Origin: a virus
Lineage: Duplodnaviria; Caudoviricetes
Reading direction: 5' to 3' (one strand)
DNA length: 64,000 nt
Virus record (IMG/VR): IMGVR_UViG_3300026549_000043
Location: 1-64,000 of that record
Of this stretch, positions 62,701 through 64,000 are shown in pieces; within the stretch, counting starts at the first letter, position 1, and each line of letters begins with the position of its first letter. The position numbers and the translations under genes are program-made. Under the pieces are notes generated by a model. It was not told the origin of the DNA. It made no database searches and saw only the letters and a list, made by a program, of their open reading frames with translations.

Positions 62701-62950
62701 AGATTATGGTGGATTTTCTGTTTCAGATTATGTGAGAGATGCTTTAGATCTTGAAGATAATTATTCTGTTGACCGTAAAGATCCAAGATTAATAAAATTA
62801 ATCGAAGATTTTCCTGATAGATGTGATGGTACTTTTGCTACTTTAAGAATAGTAGAAATACCAGACGAAGCTACCGATTATTATATTATGGATTATGATG
62901 GCATAGAAACTATTATCTATGTAATAAATGGTAAGCTTTATTTTAAATAA
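62681..62950 (+). CDS. Conserved phage hypothetical protein
   Basis: KIVLN..YGGFS.S, R.DP.L, DYDG.E. Confidence 0.65.
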   Translation: MKIVLNKDYGGFSVSDYVRDALDLEDNYSVDRKDPRLIKLIEDFPDRCDGTFATLRIVEIPDEATDYYIMDYDGIETIIYVINGKLYFK

Positions 62951-63129
62951 GGCTAGGTGATTAAAATATTTTTAACTAATTCATTAAAATGGTGTTTAAT
63001 AATTTTGATTAGTATTATTTTATGTTTTATCTCTATAGGGGTAATAATAACTTTATTCCACCCGGAGCCAATAAAGGATGAAATAGAAGAAGCATTAGAA
63101 GAAATTACTAGAAAGAAGAGGAAAAAGAA

Positions 63130-63312
63130 ATGAGTTACTACAGCAAAAGATACTTAAAAGAAAAATGGGAACCTTTAAAGTGGGATATGGAAGAAATTCT
63201 TTTAAACAATGATGATGATGACCGCATTGATGAAGAAAAGGTTAAGAGAGTTAGAAATGCAATGAACTACTACATTGATGCTATTAAGAAGGAGATAAAT
63301 AAGTGAGACTAA
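63130..63312 (+). CDS. Small hypothetical protein (ends at TGA 63306 or TAA 63312)
   Basis: ATGA and GTGA overlaps with its neighbours. Confidence 0.4.
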
Positions 63313-63602
63313 TTGATGGAGATAATTTAAAGGATGAAATTCTGGGGATAATCTTCGAAAGAGGGCAGGAATCTAGTAAATATGAAAATATGATAGAAAT
63401 TGGAGCCATGAGGTATTCTGATGTTGAATATGAAAATGGTATTGATGATGGCCTAGAAATCTGTTACAGTAAGATAGATTCAGAACCAACTATTAAGGCT
63501 ATATCTCTTAATTGGATAAATAATTATAAAAATACTTCAGGGCCAATAACTAAATATATTTTAAATCGAATGATTAAAGACTGGGATAGTATTCATGGTT
63601 AA
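63303..63602 (+). CDS. Hypothetical protein, MRLID family
   Basis: MRLIDGD...PTIKAI..W; paralogue at 63781. Confidence 0.55.
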   Translation: MRLIDGDNLKDEILGIIFERGQESSKYENMIEIGAMRYSDVEYENGIDDGLEICYSKIDSEPTIKAISLNWINNYKNTSGPITKYILNRMIKDWDSIHG

Positions 63603-63780
63603 ATGCATTGAATGTCCATATTTAAAAACTAAAATTAATAAAATTGGCATAGTATATACAAATTGTGTTTATTCAAATGGAAAAAAGACTTTATATATTT
63701 ATAATATAGATACTAATAAAGAAGCTCTGCCTAAAAATTGTCCTTTATTAAAAAATATTAGTGATAGTGGGGTAATATAA
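63595..63780 (+). CDS. Small Cys-containing hypothetical protein
   Basis: CIECP...C...PKNCPL. Confidence 0.5.
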   Translation: MVKCIECPYLKTKINKIGIVYTNCVYSNGKKTLYIYNIDTNKEALPKNCPLLKNISDSGVI

Positions 63781-63939
63781 ATGAGGCTAATCGATTCTGA
63801 TAAACTAATAGTTGAAGTAGTTCACAGCGGTAATATTGTCTGTCTACCGCATATTTCATTAGAACAATTAAATACTGCACCAGTAATAAAGGCAATCCCT
63901 ATCGAGTGGATAAAAGATGTTTGGTTAAAAAGGCTTTAG
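63781..63939 (+). CDS. Hypothetical protein, MRLID family
   Basis: MRLIDSD...APVIKAIPIEWI. Confidence 0.5.
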   Translation: MRLIDSDKLIVEVVHSGNIVCLPHISLEQLNTAPVIKAIPIEWIKDVWLKRL

Positions 63940-64000
63940 AAGAAGTTACTTCTAAGAAGAAAAGGAAGGGGAAATAATTTCTCCTTCTTTTAGTTTATTT

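Noticed and set aside
1585-62786. Minus-strand and nested alternative-frame ORFs in the track (e.g. 1585-1770, 5877-6218, 48042-48230, 48283-48480, 60842-61060)
   Set aside because: They are shadows of + strand genes or RNAs, with no recognisable motifs.

Overview
A 64-kb segment of a large, AT-rich myovirus-type phage genome, with essentially all genes on the + strand. Order: T4 gp23-like major capsid gene (with group I introns), head/neck, sheath/tube, tape measure, baseplate and fibre genes (1-26.5 kb); replication and nucleotide metabolism (SNF2 helicase, initiator, DnaC, DnaB, DnaG, SSB, PolA, thymidylate-synthase-like pair, dUTPase, dCMP deaminase, beta clamp, DnaX/HolA/HolB, SbcCD; 27-55 kb); a ~1.9-kb structured RNA/tRNA island plus IF-1 (47.1-49.3 kb); a split nrdD (59-62 kb); and small accessory ORFs. 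The supplied ORF track is misleading because TGA is read as Trp: about 30 in-frame TGAs join fragments into intact genes, and I give corrected coordinates. Main findings: (1) a group I intron in the capsid gene carries a diverged copy of its own 3' exon in the P1 loop, so spliced and unspliced mRNA both encode complete capsid proteins with different C-termini; (2) a UGA-reading tRNA built on a tRNA-Sec scaffold but with a 7/5 acceptor/T branch, next to tRNA-Trp(CCA); (3) large ornate ncRNA candidates separated by non-canonical tRNA-like elements; (4) nrdD split by an endonuclease that uses only TGA for Trp, with intein-like remnants at the split and in PolA. All family assignments come from motif recognition by eye; no searches or folding programs were run.
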